Shown: in pieces, positions 49,570-58,521 of the stretch
Position numbering within the stretch: the first letter of the stretch is position 1
Layout of the letters: each line of letters starts with the position of its first letter
DNA from: an uncultured Chloroflexia bacterium
GTDB lineage: Bacteria > Chloroflexota > Limnocylindria > QHBO01
Direction: 5' to 3'
Length of the DNA: 64,000 bases
Assembly: GCA_963825525.1 (NCBI GenBank)
Contig: CAWGTN010000002.1
Coordinates: forward strand, 1,504,001-1,568,000
Program-made: the position numbers and the translations under genes
Notes under the pieces: model-generated
Told to the model about the DNA's origin: nothing
The model's database searches: none
The model's input: only the letters and a program-made list of their open reading frames with translations

Positions 49570-51096
49570 TCACCACAGCGGCCCGAATGCGGTCAGGCCG
49601 GCACCACGGACTGCATCGAGGATCCGGTCGACCGGTGCCGCGATCAACTCGAGGACCGGCCCCGGATACACCCCGAGGGCCACGACCAGGATGATGAGGG
49701 GCGCCAGCGCGATCCATTCATTGCGATTGATGTCGCGCAGCGCCGGCCACGACTGGCGCATCCAGTCGGACGGCACGGTGAAGAAGACGCGCTGGAACAT
49801 CCACAGCATGTACACCGCGCTGATGATGACGACGATCATGGTCGCCGCGGCGATGAATCCATTGGCACGGAACGCCCCGAGAATCACGAGGAACTCCCCG
49901 ACGAACCCGGAAAGCCCGGGGAGCCCGATGCTGGCGAAGGTGAAGAGGCCGAACATCGCGGCATAGCGCGGGATACGGGCGTTGAGCCCGCCCATGTGGG
50001 CGATGAGCCGGTCATGGGTCTGCTCGTACAGGATCCCGACCAGCATGAACAGCGCGCCGGTGGTGATGCCGTGGCTGATCATCTGGTAGATCGCACCCTG
50101 CAGGCCCTGCTCGTTGAAGACGAACGCGCCGAGCATCACGAAGCCCATGTGACTGACGCTCGAGTACGCGACCAGCTTCTTCAGATCGGGCTGGACCATG
50201 GCGACCAGGCCGCCGTAGATGATGGCGATGATGGCGAGGCCGATGATGATCGGCGCGAAGCTGACGGCCGCGTCGGGCAGGAGCGGCAGGCTGAAGCGCA
50301 GGAACCCGTAGCCGCCGAGCTTCAGCATGACGCCGGCCAGGATGATCGAGCCGGCGGTCGGGGCCTCGACGTGCGCGTCGGGCAGCCAGGTGTGGAACGG
50401 CCACATCGGCACCTTGATCGCGAACGCCAGGAAGAAGGCGACGAAGGCCAGTGCCTGGAGCGTATCGGCGTAGGCGAATCCGCGGAGCGCCTCGTAGCTG
50501 AAGGTGAAGGGCTGGCCGCTTGCCGCGTGGGCGATGGCCACGGCCAGGATGGCGACGAGCATGAGCAGCGAGCCGACCAGGGTGTAGAGCACGAACTTCA
50601 CGGTGGCGTAGATGCGCCGTGGCCCGCCCCACACCCCGATGATCACGTACATCGGGAAGAGGCTGATCTCCCAGAAGACGTAGAACAGGAACATGTCGAG
50701 CGCCATGAAGACCCCGAGCATCCCGACCATCAGGAGCAGGAGCGCGATGTAGTACTCCTTGACCCGCTTCTGGATCGGCTCCCAGGAGTAGAAGAGGGCG
50801 ACCACGCTGAGGACGGTGGTCAGCAGCACCAGGACGACCGAGAGACCGTCCACGCCCAGCGTGTAGCGCATGCCGAAGGCCTCGATCCAGGGCAGGTCCT
50901 CCCTGAACTGGAACTCGGATGCCGCCGAGGAGGCGTCGTAGCCGAGCAGCACGAGCGAGAAGGCGAGGCTGGCCAGCGCCGCCCCGAGCGCCACCCAGCG
51001 GATGGCTCGGTGATTGGAGCTCGGAATCAGGAGGAGCAGCAGGACGCCGACGACCGGCATGAAGATGATGAGTGAGAGCACCGGCAGGCCTGTCAT
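49570..51096 (-). CDS. nuoM: NADH-quinone oxidoreductase subunit M
   Basis: FYVFWE, IKVPMWPFHTWLPDAHVEAP, KKLVAYSSVSHMG. Confidence 0.95.
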   Translation of the reverse strand: MTGLPVLSLIIFMPVVGVLLLLLIPSSNHRAIRWVALGAALASLAFSLVLLGYDASSAASEFQFREDLPWIEAFGMRYTLGVDGLSVVLVLLTTVLSVVALFYSWEPIQKRVKEYYIALLLLMVGMLGVFMALDMFLFYVFWEISLFPMYVIIGVWGGPRRIYATVKFVLYTLVGSLLMLVAILAVAIAHAASGQPFTFSYEALRGFAYADTLQALAFVAFFLAFAIKVPMWPFHTWLPDAHVEAPTAGSIILAGVMLKLGGYGFLRFSLPLLPDAAVSFAPIIIGLAIIAIIYGGLVAMVQPDLKKLVAYSSVSHMGFVMLGAFVFNEQGLQGAIYQMISHGITTGALFMLVGILYEQTHDRLIAHMGGLNARIPRYAAMFGLFTFASIGLPGLSGFVGEFLVILGAFRANGFIAAATMIVVIISAVYMLWMFQRVFFTVPSDWMRQSWPALRDINRNEWIALAPLIILVVALGVYPGPVLELIAAPVDRILDAVRGAGLTAFGPLW

Positions 51097-53288
51097 CAGC
51101 GCACCACCACCGCCAGCGCAACGAGCACGAGCACCAGGCCGGCGGCGATCCCCAGGCCATAGTTCTCGACTCGACCGGTCTGGACCTTCCGGAGCCCGCC
51201 GCCCACGGTCCGGGCCAGCCAACCGGCTCCGTTCACCGCGCCGTCGATGATCTTCACGTCGAACCACCACAGGGCGTTGCTGAGCAGGACGCCGCCGCGC
51301 GCCCAGACCAGCCCGTAGAGATCATCCACGTAGTACTTGTTCACGCTGGCCCGATACATCCCGGGCCCGAGGCCGAACGGGATGCGCTCCACGAAGCGCA
51401 CGGCCGACTCTGGTCGCTGCACGTACCAGCGATAGGCGAGCAGCACGCCGCCCACCGCGACCGCCGCCCCGATCAGCAGCAGCAGACCGCCGAGGCCGAA
51501 GAGCTCGAAGCCATGGTGCTCGCCATCCGCGATGGAACCGGCGAGGACCCCGGCATGCGACTCCTCGGCGGCATGGAAGATCTCCTCGAGCCAGCCGTGG
51601 ATCACGCCGCCCTCCGGCGGGATGCCGAGAATGAGACCCGCCAGGATGGTGGGCACGGCCAGGATCGCCAGCGGCGCGACCATGGTCGGGGCGCTCTCGT
51701 GGATGTGGTCCCAGGCCGCCTTCGGCCCGCGCCACTCGCCCCAGAACGTCATGAAGATCATGCGGAACGTGTAGAAGGCGGTCATGAAGGCGACGATGGT
51801 GCCCACGAGATAGAAGACGAGGTACCCGCGGTTGAAGGCCTCGGCCAGGATCTCGTCCTTGCTGAAGAAGCCGGAAAAGATCGGGATGCCGGCCAGCGCC
51901 AGCGAGCCGATGACCATGGTGATATAGGTCCAGCGCATCTTCGCCCGCAGGTTGCCCATGTAGCGCATGTCCTGCTCGCCGCCCGCCCCGTGGATGACGG
52001 AGCCCGAGCCCATGAACAGCAGGCCCTTGAAGAAGCCGTGGCTGACGAGATGGAAGATGGCGGCCACCCATGCGCCGATGCCGAGCGCGAAGAACATGTA
52101 CGCCAGCTGGCTGACGGTCGAGTAGGCCAGCACCTTCTTGATGTCGTTCTGGGTCAGGGCGATCGCCGCGGCAAAGATGGCGGTGAAGACGCCGATGATG
52201 GCCACCGTCCACATCGCGACCGGCGCCTCGGCAAAGATCGGGTTGGCGCGGGCGACCAGGTAGACCCCGGCGTTGACCATGGTCGCCGCGTGGATCAGCG
52301 CGCTGACCGGGGTGGGGCCCTCCATCGCGTCCGGCAGCCAGACGTGGAGCGGGAACTGGGCGCTCTTGCCCACGGCGCCGGCGAAGAGGAGCAGCGCGAT
52401 GACCGTGATCGTGGTCTCGTCGAGTGTCCCGATCCGCTCGAAGACCTCGTGGAAGCTCAGCGTCCCCAGGTTGACCCAGATCATCATGATGCCGAGCCCG
52501 AACCCGAAGTCGCCGACCCGGTTGACGATGAACGCCTTCTTGGCGGCCCCGGCGGCGGAGGGCTTCTTGTACCAGAAGCCGATCAGCGCGTAGCTGCACA
52601 GGCCGACGGCCTCCCAGCCGACGTAGAGCATCAGGAAGTTGTCGCCAAGGATCAGCAGCAGCATGCTGAACATGAAGAGGTTGAGGTAGGCGAAGAACCG
52701 CCAGAAGCCGCGGTCGCCGTCCATGTAGCCGATGGAATAGATGTGGACCAGGAATCCGACCGTGCTGACGACGAGCAGGAGCATGGCCGTCAGTGAGTCC
52801 ACCAGGAACGCGATCTCGATGGTGAAGTCGCCCGAGGCGATCCACTCGTAGATCGAGACCTCGTACTCGTTGCCACCGAACACGACGCTGGCGAACACGA
52901 TCATCGAGAAGACCCACATCAGGCCCACGACCGCGGTCGGCACGACCCACGATCGGTAGCGCGGCCGCTCGGCTCCCGGGGCCACGTGGCCGGCCTGGCC
53001 CAGGCCGTCGCTCATGTCGGACGGGATCACGCCATCGGCGCCCTCGGCGTTCGCAAGGTCATCGGCATGGCCGGCATGCGGGCTGGTGGCGCGCTGCTCT
53101 TCCTCGCTCGGGACCGGACGGAACGCAGAATCGTCGACCGCGTGGTCGTCGTGCGTCCCGTGCTCGGCATCGGCGTGTGCGTCGCCATGGCCGTGGCTCG
53201 GAACGCGGTCCAGCCTGGCTCCGGCGAGCACGGCGAACAGGAACCCGACCAGGGGCAGCGCGGGGATGAGGGCGATCAACAGCTCCAC
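51096..53288 (-). CDS. nuoL: NADH-quinone oxidoreductase subunit L with a His/acid-rich insertion
   Basis: GWEAVG, GKSAQFPLHVWLPDAMEGPTPVSALIHAATMV, KKVLAYSTVSQL. Confidence 0.95.
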   Translation of the reverse strand: MELLIALIPALPLVGFLFAVLAGARLDRVPSHGHGDAHADAEHGTHDDHAVDDSAFRPVPSEEEQRATSPHAGHADDLANAEGADGVIPSDMSDGLGQAGHVAPGAERPRYRSWVVPTAVVGLMWVFSMIVFASVVFGGNEYEVSIYEWIASGDFTIEIAFLVDSLTAMLLLVVSTVGFLVHIYSIGYMDGDRGFWRFFAYLNLFMFSMLLLILGDNFLMLYVGWEAVGLCSYALIGFWYKKPSAAGAAKKAFIVNRVGDFGFGLGIMMIWVNLGTLSFHEVFERIGTLDETTITVIALLLFAGAVGKSAQFPLHVWLPDAMEGPTPVSALIHAATMVNAGVYLVARANPIFAEAPVAMWTVAIIGVFTAIFAAAIALTQNDIKKVLAYSTVSQLAYMFFALGIGAWVAAIFHLVSHGFFKGLLFMGSGSVIHGAGGEQDMRYMGNLRAKMRWTYITMVIGSLALAGIPIFSGFFSKDEILAEAFNRGYLVFYLVGTIVAFMTAFYTFRMIFMTFWGEWRGPKAAWDHIHESAPTMVAPLAILAVPTILAGLILGIPPEGGVIHGWLEEIFHAAEESHAGVLAGSIADGEHHGFELFGLGGLLLLIGAAVAVGGVLLAYRWYVQRPESAVRFVERIPFGLGPGMYRASVNKYYVDDLYGLVWARGGVLLSNALWWFDVKIIDGAVNGAGWLARTVGGGLRKVQTGRVENYGLGIAAGLVLVLVALAVVVR

Positions 53289-53298
53289 GGGTGTCTGC

Positions 53299-53604
53299 CT
53301 ACTCCTTCAGATCGGAGTACTGATCGACCTCGGCCGTCTGACGCGTCCGGATGATCGCAATCACCAACGCCAGGCCCACGGTCACCTCGGCTGCGGCGAC
53401 GGCCATGATCATGAGCGCGAAGACGGCGCCCGCATTCGAATCGGGTGGGAGGAAGGCGTTGAAGGCGACCAGGCTCAGGTTCACGGCGTTGAACATCAGC
53501 TCGATGCTGATGAGCATGAGGATCGCGTTGCGGCGGGCCATGAAGCCGAACGTCCCGATGCCGAACAGCATCACGGAGACGATGAGGTAGCCGGTGAGTC
53601 CCAT
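53299..53604 (-). CDS. nuoK: NADH-quinone oxidoreductase subunit K
   Basis: RRNAILMLISIELM, AVAAAEVTVGLA. Confidence 0.95.
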   Translation of the reverse strand: MGLTGYLIVSVMLFGIGTFGFMARRNAILMLISIELMFNAVNLSLVAFNAFLPPDSNAGAVFALMIMAVAAAEVTVGLALVIAIIRTRQTAEVDQYSDLKE

Positions 53605-53606
53605 GC

Positions 53607-54116
53607 TCAGTTGGCCCGCTCGTCTTCTTCGGGACGTCGCGCCAGGTAGATGGCGCCGATGATGGCCACCAGGATCAGGAGGCTGATGATCTCGAACGGC
53701 AGCGCAAAGGTGGTGAACACCGCGTTGGCGATGGCGTCAACGGCCGCGGCGACCGGCTGCGGCAGCACGGACCAATCCGTCTGCACGACCGCCCATCCCA
53801 CGACGCCAATGAGGCCGAGCGCCACGACGGCCGCGATCGGAACCTGGCGGTGGAACGGTGCCGGCAGGTTCGCATCGCCAGCCTGGGTCAGCATGATGGC
53901 AAACAGGATGAGCACGCTGATCGCGCCCAGGTAGATGAGGACCTGGGCTGCCGCCACGATGGGGGCGCCGAGCAGCGCATACATCCCGGCCAGTGAGCCG
54001 AAGCAGATCATCATTGCCACGGCCGAATGGATGATGTTGCGCAGCGTCACCACGGCAATGCCGGCTCCCACAACGCCGATGGCGAGCAGGAAGAACAGGA
54101 CGCTGGAGATATCCAG
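53607..54116 (-). CDS. nuoJ: NADH-quinone oxidoreductase subunit J (probable CTG start)
   Basis: QVLIYLGAISVLILFAIML, LPFEIISL; first TM lies upstream of the ORF-track start; AGGAG 9 nt before CTG; TAGAAT at 54178-54183. Confidence 0.92.
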   Translation of the reverse strand: MDISSVLFFLLAIGVVGAGIAVVTLRNIIHSAVAMMICFGSLAGMYALLGAPIVAAAQVLIYLGAISVLILFAIMLTQAGDANLPAPFHRQVPIAAVVALGLIGVVGWAVVQTDWSVLPQPVAAAVDAIANAVFTTFALPFEIISLLILVAIIGAIYLARRPEEDERAN

Positions 54117-54272
54117 GGTCGAATGCTCCTGAGAGAGGTTGAGCGCTCAAAACGGTCCCGCTCGGGGACCGCGCTCGATTCTAGCGCAGGCATTGCGTGG
54201 TCGCGCGCTGACCCCGTACCCTGCGCGGAACCGCCGACCCTGGCGGAGGAGTGGATGGAGGACGAGGTCACG

Positions 54273-54641
54273 ATGACGAGACGGACCGTTCCGGTACTCG
54301 CGGCGCTCGCGATCGCCCTGGCCGCATGCGGCGGCGGCGGCGGCGGAGGTGGCGCCAACGATGGCGCGGACAATCCGACCAAGGCCACGGTCGAGGCCGG
54401 TGCCGAGCGCGTTGCCTACCTGCTCGCCCCCGGACGGTACCGGATGACGATCAACGAGGACTGCGACGACTACACCATCGCGATCACCCAGGACGGCGGC
54501 GACTTCACGTACACCCTCGACAATTCGCCGATCCGTTTCGTCTTCGTGAACGACGTGCCGGCCGGCAGCTTCTTCATCGAGCAGACCAACGAGGCGTGCA
54601 CTGAGTGGAGCGTTGACCTCAGCAGAGTGAACGCCCCCTGA
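54273..54641 (+). CDS. hypothetical lipoprotein in opposite orientation inside the nuo cluster
   Basis: Lipobox LAAC, poly-Gly linker, beta-rich domain with two Cys; SD GAGG. Confidence 0.75.
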   Translation: MTRRTVPVLAALAIALAACGGGGGGGGANDGADNPTKATVEAGAERVAYLLAPGRYRMTINEDCDDYTIAITQDGGDFTYTLDNSPIRFVFVNDVPAGSFFIEQTNEACTEWSVDLSRVNAP

Positions 54642-54695
54642 TCCGACTCGGTGGTCACGCGGATGGCCCCTGAGCCGAAGATGGAACGAATTGGT

Positions 54696-54726
54696 GCGTC
54701 CGGCACGCCACACGAGTGCCGGACGC
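54696..54726. terminator. 11-bp hairpin between convergent genes
   Basis: GCGTCCGGCAC-N9-GTGCCGGACGC. Confidence 0.55.
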
Positions 54727-54739
54727 TTCCCACGTCGGT

Positions 54740-57136
54740 CTAGCGGGTGGGGCGCTCCCGGTCGGACATCTCGAGAATGTCGAGCATCGGCAGGTCGCGC
54801 TGGTACTCGCTGAACTCGAACTCGGGGCCGCATCGCAGCGCGTCGTACGGACAGGCATCGGCGCAGATGCCACAGAAGATGCAGCGGCTGATATCGAGCT
54901 GGTAGGTCTCGAGGATGCGCGGGCGCGGCATGAGCGCGCCGACCGGGCAGGTCTCCGCGCATCGGCCACAGGAGACGCACGGCGTCTCGTTGAGTGACAC
55001 GAAGTCGGCGGTGGTGACCAGCGAGTCGAAGCCCTTGCCGATGAAGTCGTAGCAGCCGGCGCCCACGATCTCCTTGCAGACCTGGGCGCAGCGGCCGCAG
55101 TCGATGCAGCGGCTGTAGTCGCGCAGGATGAACGAATGCGTCTCGTCCCGGCCGTAGCCGTGGTTCACGCCGACGTACGGGTTGTCCTGGATCGAGCGCT
55201 CGTCGATCGCCATGTTCAGCGTCGTCTCGTACTCGATGGCCGCCTCGCGCAGGTCGCAGTGCCCGATCGCCTCGCAGGTGCACTGAAGGCATCGGCCCGC
55301 CTCGGCCATGGCCTGGTCGCCGGTGTAGCCGAACTCGTACTCGTTGAAGTTCGTGCGGCGCTCGTCGGCCTCCTGCTTGCCCATGATGGCGCGTGGTTCC
55401 TTCACGTCGTCGGTGAAGGGCACGATGGTCAGGAAGTTCGGCTGCGGCTCGGTGACGATGCGGCGCACCTGCGGGTCGTCGAGGTCATGGCCGCGCAGCC
55501 AGTAGTCCATGGCGTAGCTGGCGCGGCGTCCCTCGCCGATCGCCTCGACCACGGTGGCGGCGCCGGTCCGAACGTCGCCGGAGGCGAAGATCTTCGGGAC
55601 ATTGGTGCGGAAGATGTGCTCCTCGGCGACCAACGTGCCGCGGCGCGAGACCTCGAGGCCGGCCCGAATCTCCTCCGGCTCGGACTCGATCCATGACAGC
55701 TCGGGTCCCTGGCCGATGGCGCCGAGGACGGTGTCGCACTCGACGATGAACTCGGTGCCGGGCATCGGCTCGGGCCGACGGCGGCCCTGCGCATCGGGCT
55801 CGCCCAGCTTCATGCGCTGGAACTCGACGCCGTTCACCTTGTCATCGGCGCCGGTCACGATCCGCGTCGGTGCGGCCTGGAAGATGACGCGCGCGCCCTC
55901 CTCGATCGCCTCGTGCACCTCGTCGGCGGCGGGCATGTCCTTGAGGTCGCGGCGATAGACGAGCGTGACCTCCGCCGCGCCCTGCCGGACGCTGGTCCGG
56001 GTGCAGTCGATGGCGGTGAAGCCGCCGCCGATGACCACGACCCTCGCATTCTTCAGGCGCGGGACGGGGACGCCGCGGGTCGAGTTGTAGAGGTTCTCGA
56101 GGGCGTTGACCGTCCCATCGGCCTCTTCGCCCGGGATGCCGAGCTCGTTCGGCTTGTAGCAGCCGATGCCGACGTAGATGGCGTCGTAGTCGTCGATGAT
56201 GTCGCCCAGGTGGAAGTCACGACCGAGGCGCATGTTCGGCTTGAAGGTCGCGCCCAGCTCCCACACGTGGTTGAGCTCGCGGTCCATCCAGCCCTTGGGC
56301 AGCCGGTACTGGGGGATGCCGTAGCGCAGCATGCCGCCCTGCTCCGGGTCGGCCTCGTAGACGTCGCACTGATGGCCGCGCAGCTGGAGGTAATAGGCCG
56401 CGGTCATGCCGGCCGGTCCGGCGCCGATGATCGCCACCTTGCGACCGGTGGGCGGATCCTTCGGCCACGGAATCGGGGCAGGGGCGTCCACTTCGAGCAC
56501 CCGGTCGGCGCAGTAGCGATGCGAGTCACGGATGGCGATGGCCGTGTCGACTTCCTCACGGCGGCAGTGCGTCTCGCACGGAGCGGGACACACGCGGCCG
56601 AGGATGGCGGGGAAGGGAAGGGAGCGCTTGAGGATGCGCGTCGCCTCTTCCCAGTTGCCCAGGGTGTTCTGCTTCAGGTAGCCCGGGATATCGACGCGGG
56701 TGGGGCACTTGAACTGGCACGGGGGAAGGCAGTAGGCGTCGTGGTCGCTGAAGATGAGCTCGAGGACCATGCGACGGTTCTCGATGACCCGCTCGGAGTG
56801 GGTGGTGATGACCATCCCCTCCTCGATGGTCGTTCCGCAGCTGATGGGTGTGTCGTCGCGACCCTCGACCTCGACCGCGCAGATGCGGCAGGCGCCGTAC
56901 GGCGCGAGCTTGGGCTCGTAGCACAGGGTCGGGACGTCGATCCCCAGCACGCGACAGGCCTGGAGGATGGTCTGTCCCTCCTCGACCTGGAGCTCCTTGC
57001 CGTTGATGGTGACGCCGATCTCGCGCGTCCCGGGCACCATCGGCCAGATCGGGGTGTAATCGGCACTCGGGCCGTCACCCGCGCTGCCGTTGCCTGCCCC
57101 GTGGCCGTTCGTTCCGTTCGTCGTTCCGAAGCCCAT
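54740..57136 (-). CDS. NuoG N-terminal FeS module + GltD-like FAD/NADPH oxidoreductase + C-terminal half of NuoI
   Basis: PTLC..GACRIC..SC (2Fe-2S); PCQFKCP, GRVCPAPCETHC, GAGPAG, GGGFTA, YRR, GD (GltD); CIDCGRCAQVC and CVSCGRCAETCP; then YQLDISRCIFCGICADACP..EFEFSEY. Confidence 0.88.
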   Translation of the reverse strand: MGFGTTNGTNGHGAGNGSAGDGPSADYTPIWPMVPGTREIGVTINGKELQVEEGQTILQACRVLGIDVPTLCYEPKLAPYGACRICAVEVEGRDDTPISCGTTIEEGMVITTHSERVIENRRMVLELIFSDHDAYCLPPCQFKCPTRVDIPGYLKQNTLGNWEEATRILKRSLPFPAILGRVCPAPCETHCRREEVDTAIAIRDSHRYCADRVLEVDAPAPIPWPKDPPTGRKVAIIGAGPAGMTAAYYLQLRGHQCDVYEADPEQGGMLRYGIPQYRLPKGWMDRELNHVWELGATFKPNMRLGRDFHLGDIIDDYDAIYVGIGCYKPNELGIPGEEADGTVNALENLYNSTRGVPVPRLKNARVVVIGGGFTAIDCTRTSVRQGAAEVTLVYRRDLKDMPAADEVHEAIEEGARVIFQAAPTRIVTGADDKVNGVEFQRMKLGEPDAQGRRRPEPMPGTEFIVECDTVLGAIGQGPELSWIESEPEEIRAGLEVSRRGTLVAEEHIFRTNVPKIFASGDVRTGAATVVEAIGEGRRASYAMDYWLRGHDLDDPQVRRIVTEPQPNFLTIVPFTDDVKEPRAIMGKQEADERRTNFNEYEFGYTGDQAMAEAGRCLQCTCEAIGHCDLREAAIEYETTLNMAIDERSIQDNPYVGVNHGYGRDETHSFILRDYSRCIDCGRCAQVCKEIVGAGCYDFIGKGFDSLVTTADFVSLNETPCVSCGRCAETCPVGALMPRPRILETYQLDISRCIFCGICADACPYDALRCGPEFEFSEYQRDLPMLDILEMSDRERPTR

Positions 57137-57156
57137 CGTGTCCTATCGTAGCGAGG

Positions 57157-58521
57157 CTAAGCGCCCGCCGCCGGATCGACTCCGGCAAGAGGCTCGAGAA
57201 GAGGGTGGACGCCGTCGGTGCGGCAGGCGCCGGCCAGGCATTCGCCGCGTTCCGCGTGCGCCCGGTACTCATCGGTGAATCGATCGAGGGTGGTGAGGAT
57301 CGGTCCCGATGCGAGCCGCTCCAGCTTGCAGAGCGCCGTGTCGCTCACCTTGCGCGACAGCTCGCGCAGGAGGTTGAAGTCGTTCGGCCGCGGCGTGGCT
57401 GCGAGGATGCGATCCATGGTCTCGACCAGGCGCTTCGTGCCGATCCGGCACGGGACCGCCTTGCCGCATGCCTCCCGCGCGTTGAAGTCGATGAAGAATC
57501 GGGCGGTGTCGACCATGCAGGTGGCGCTGTCGGTGACGAGCACCGATCCGGAGCCGATGATGGCGCCCGCTTCCTCGAGCGACTCGTAGTCGAACGGCAT
57601 GTTGAGCGAGCCGGCGTCGATGGCCCCACCACCCGGACCGCCGACAAACAGCGCCTTGGTGGTGCCGGTCCCGCCGCCCGCCATTCCGAGCAGGTCGATG
57701 AGCGGTGTTCCCAGCGGCACCTCGACGAGGCCCGGGGTGCCGACGCGGCCCATGATCGTGACGAGCTTGGTGCCGTGGCTGCCTTCGCTCCCAACCGACG
57801 CGAACGCATCCGGCGAGTGGGCCATGATCCATGCCACATGCGCCAGCGTCTCGCCGTTCTGGACGACGGTCGGGGCGCCGTTCAGCCCCTTCTGGGCCGG
57901 GTACGGTGGCCTGATGAGCGGCATGCCGCGGTCGCCGGAGAGGGCGTTGATGAGCGCCGTCTCCTCGCCCGCCACGTAGGCGCCGGAGCCCTCCCACACG
58001 CTGAGCTGGACGCTGGTGTCCGTGCCCAGCACGAGGTAGCCACCCAGGTGCGCATCGGTCGCCTCCGCGATGGCGGCTTGAAGGCGCTCGATGGCGACGG
58101 TCCAGTCACGCCGCACGGCGATGATCGCCTCGCTGGCGCCGGCCGCATACGCCGCAATGACGAGTCCCTCGACGATCAGATGTGGGTTGCCCTCGGCCAG
58201 GGCGCGGTCGCCGAGTGCGCTGGGATCTGCCGCCATGAGGTTGGCGACCACCACCCTGCGATCTCCCGGGGCATCACGCGCGACCCGCCACTTCGCCGCG
58301 GTCGGGAACCCCGATCCGCCGCGACCGCGAAGTCCCGCCGCCTCGATGTCACGAATGACCTCCTCGGGCGCCAGCTTGGTGATGGCGCGCTCGAGTCCGG
58401 CGTACCCGCCGTGCTCGCGGTAGCTCGCGAGGCTGCCCGGGTCAACACGGCCGATGTCGGTCAGGAGACGCGGCTCTCCCTCGGTGAGGATCCGGATCTG
58501 TGGCGAGAGGGTGCCGGTCAT
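57157..58521 (-). CDS. nuoF: NuoF-like subunit with degenerate NADH/FMN and N3 motifs
   Basis: GLRGRGGSGFPT..KW, GAYVAGEETAL, PPYPA; canonical NADExEPG reads NLMAADPS; CGKCxPC reads CGKAVPC. Confidence 0.85.
   Translation of the reverse strand: MTGTLSPQIRILTEGEPRLLTDIGRVDPGSLASYREHGGYAGLERAITKLAPEEVIRDIEAAGLRGRGGSGFPTAAKWRVARDAPGDRRVVVANLMAADPSALGDRALAEGNPHLIVEGLVIAAYAAGASEAIIAVRRDWTVAIERLQAAIAEATDAHLGGYLVLGTDTSVQLSVWEGSGAYVAGEETALINALSGDRGMPLIRPPYPAQKGLNGAPTVVQNGETLAHVAWIMAHSPDAFASVGSEGSHGTKLVTIMGRVGTPGLVEVPLGTPLIDLLGMAGGGTGTTKALFVGGPGGGAIDAGSLNMPFDYESLEEAGAIIGSGSVLVTDSATCMVDTARFFIDFNAREACGKAVPCRIGTKRLVETMDRILAATPRPNDFNLLRELSRKVSDTALCKLERLASGPILTTLDRFTDEYRAHAERGECLAGACRTDGVHPLLEPLAGVDPAAGA

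Noticed and set aside
54740-57136. Glutamate synthase small subunit or formate dehydrogenase/hydrogenase catalytic subunit
   Set aside because: No gltB nearby and no molybdopterin or H-cluster motifs; flanked by NuoG- and NuoI-derived segments within the nuo cluster
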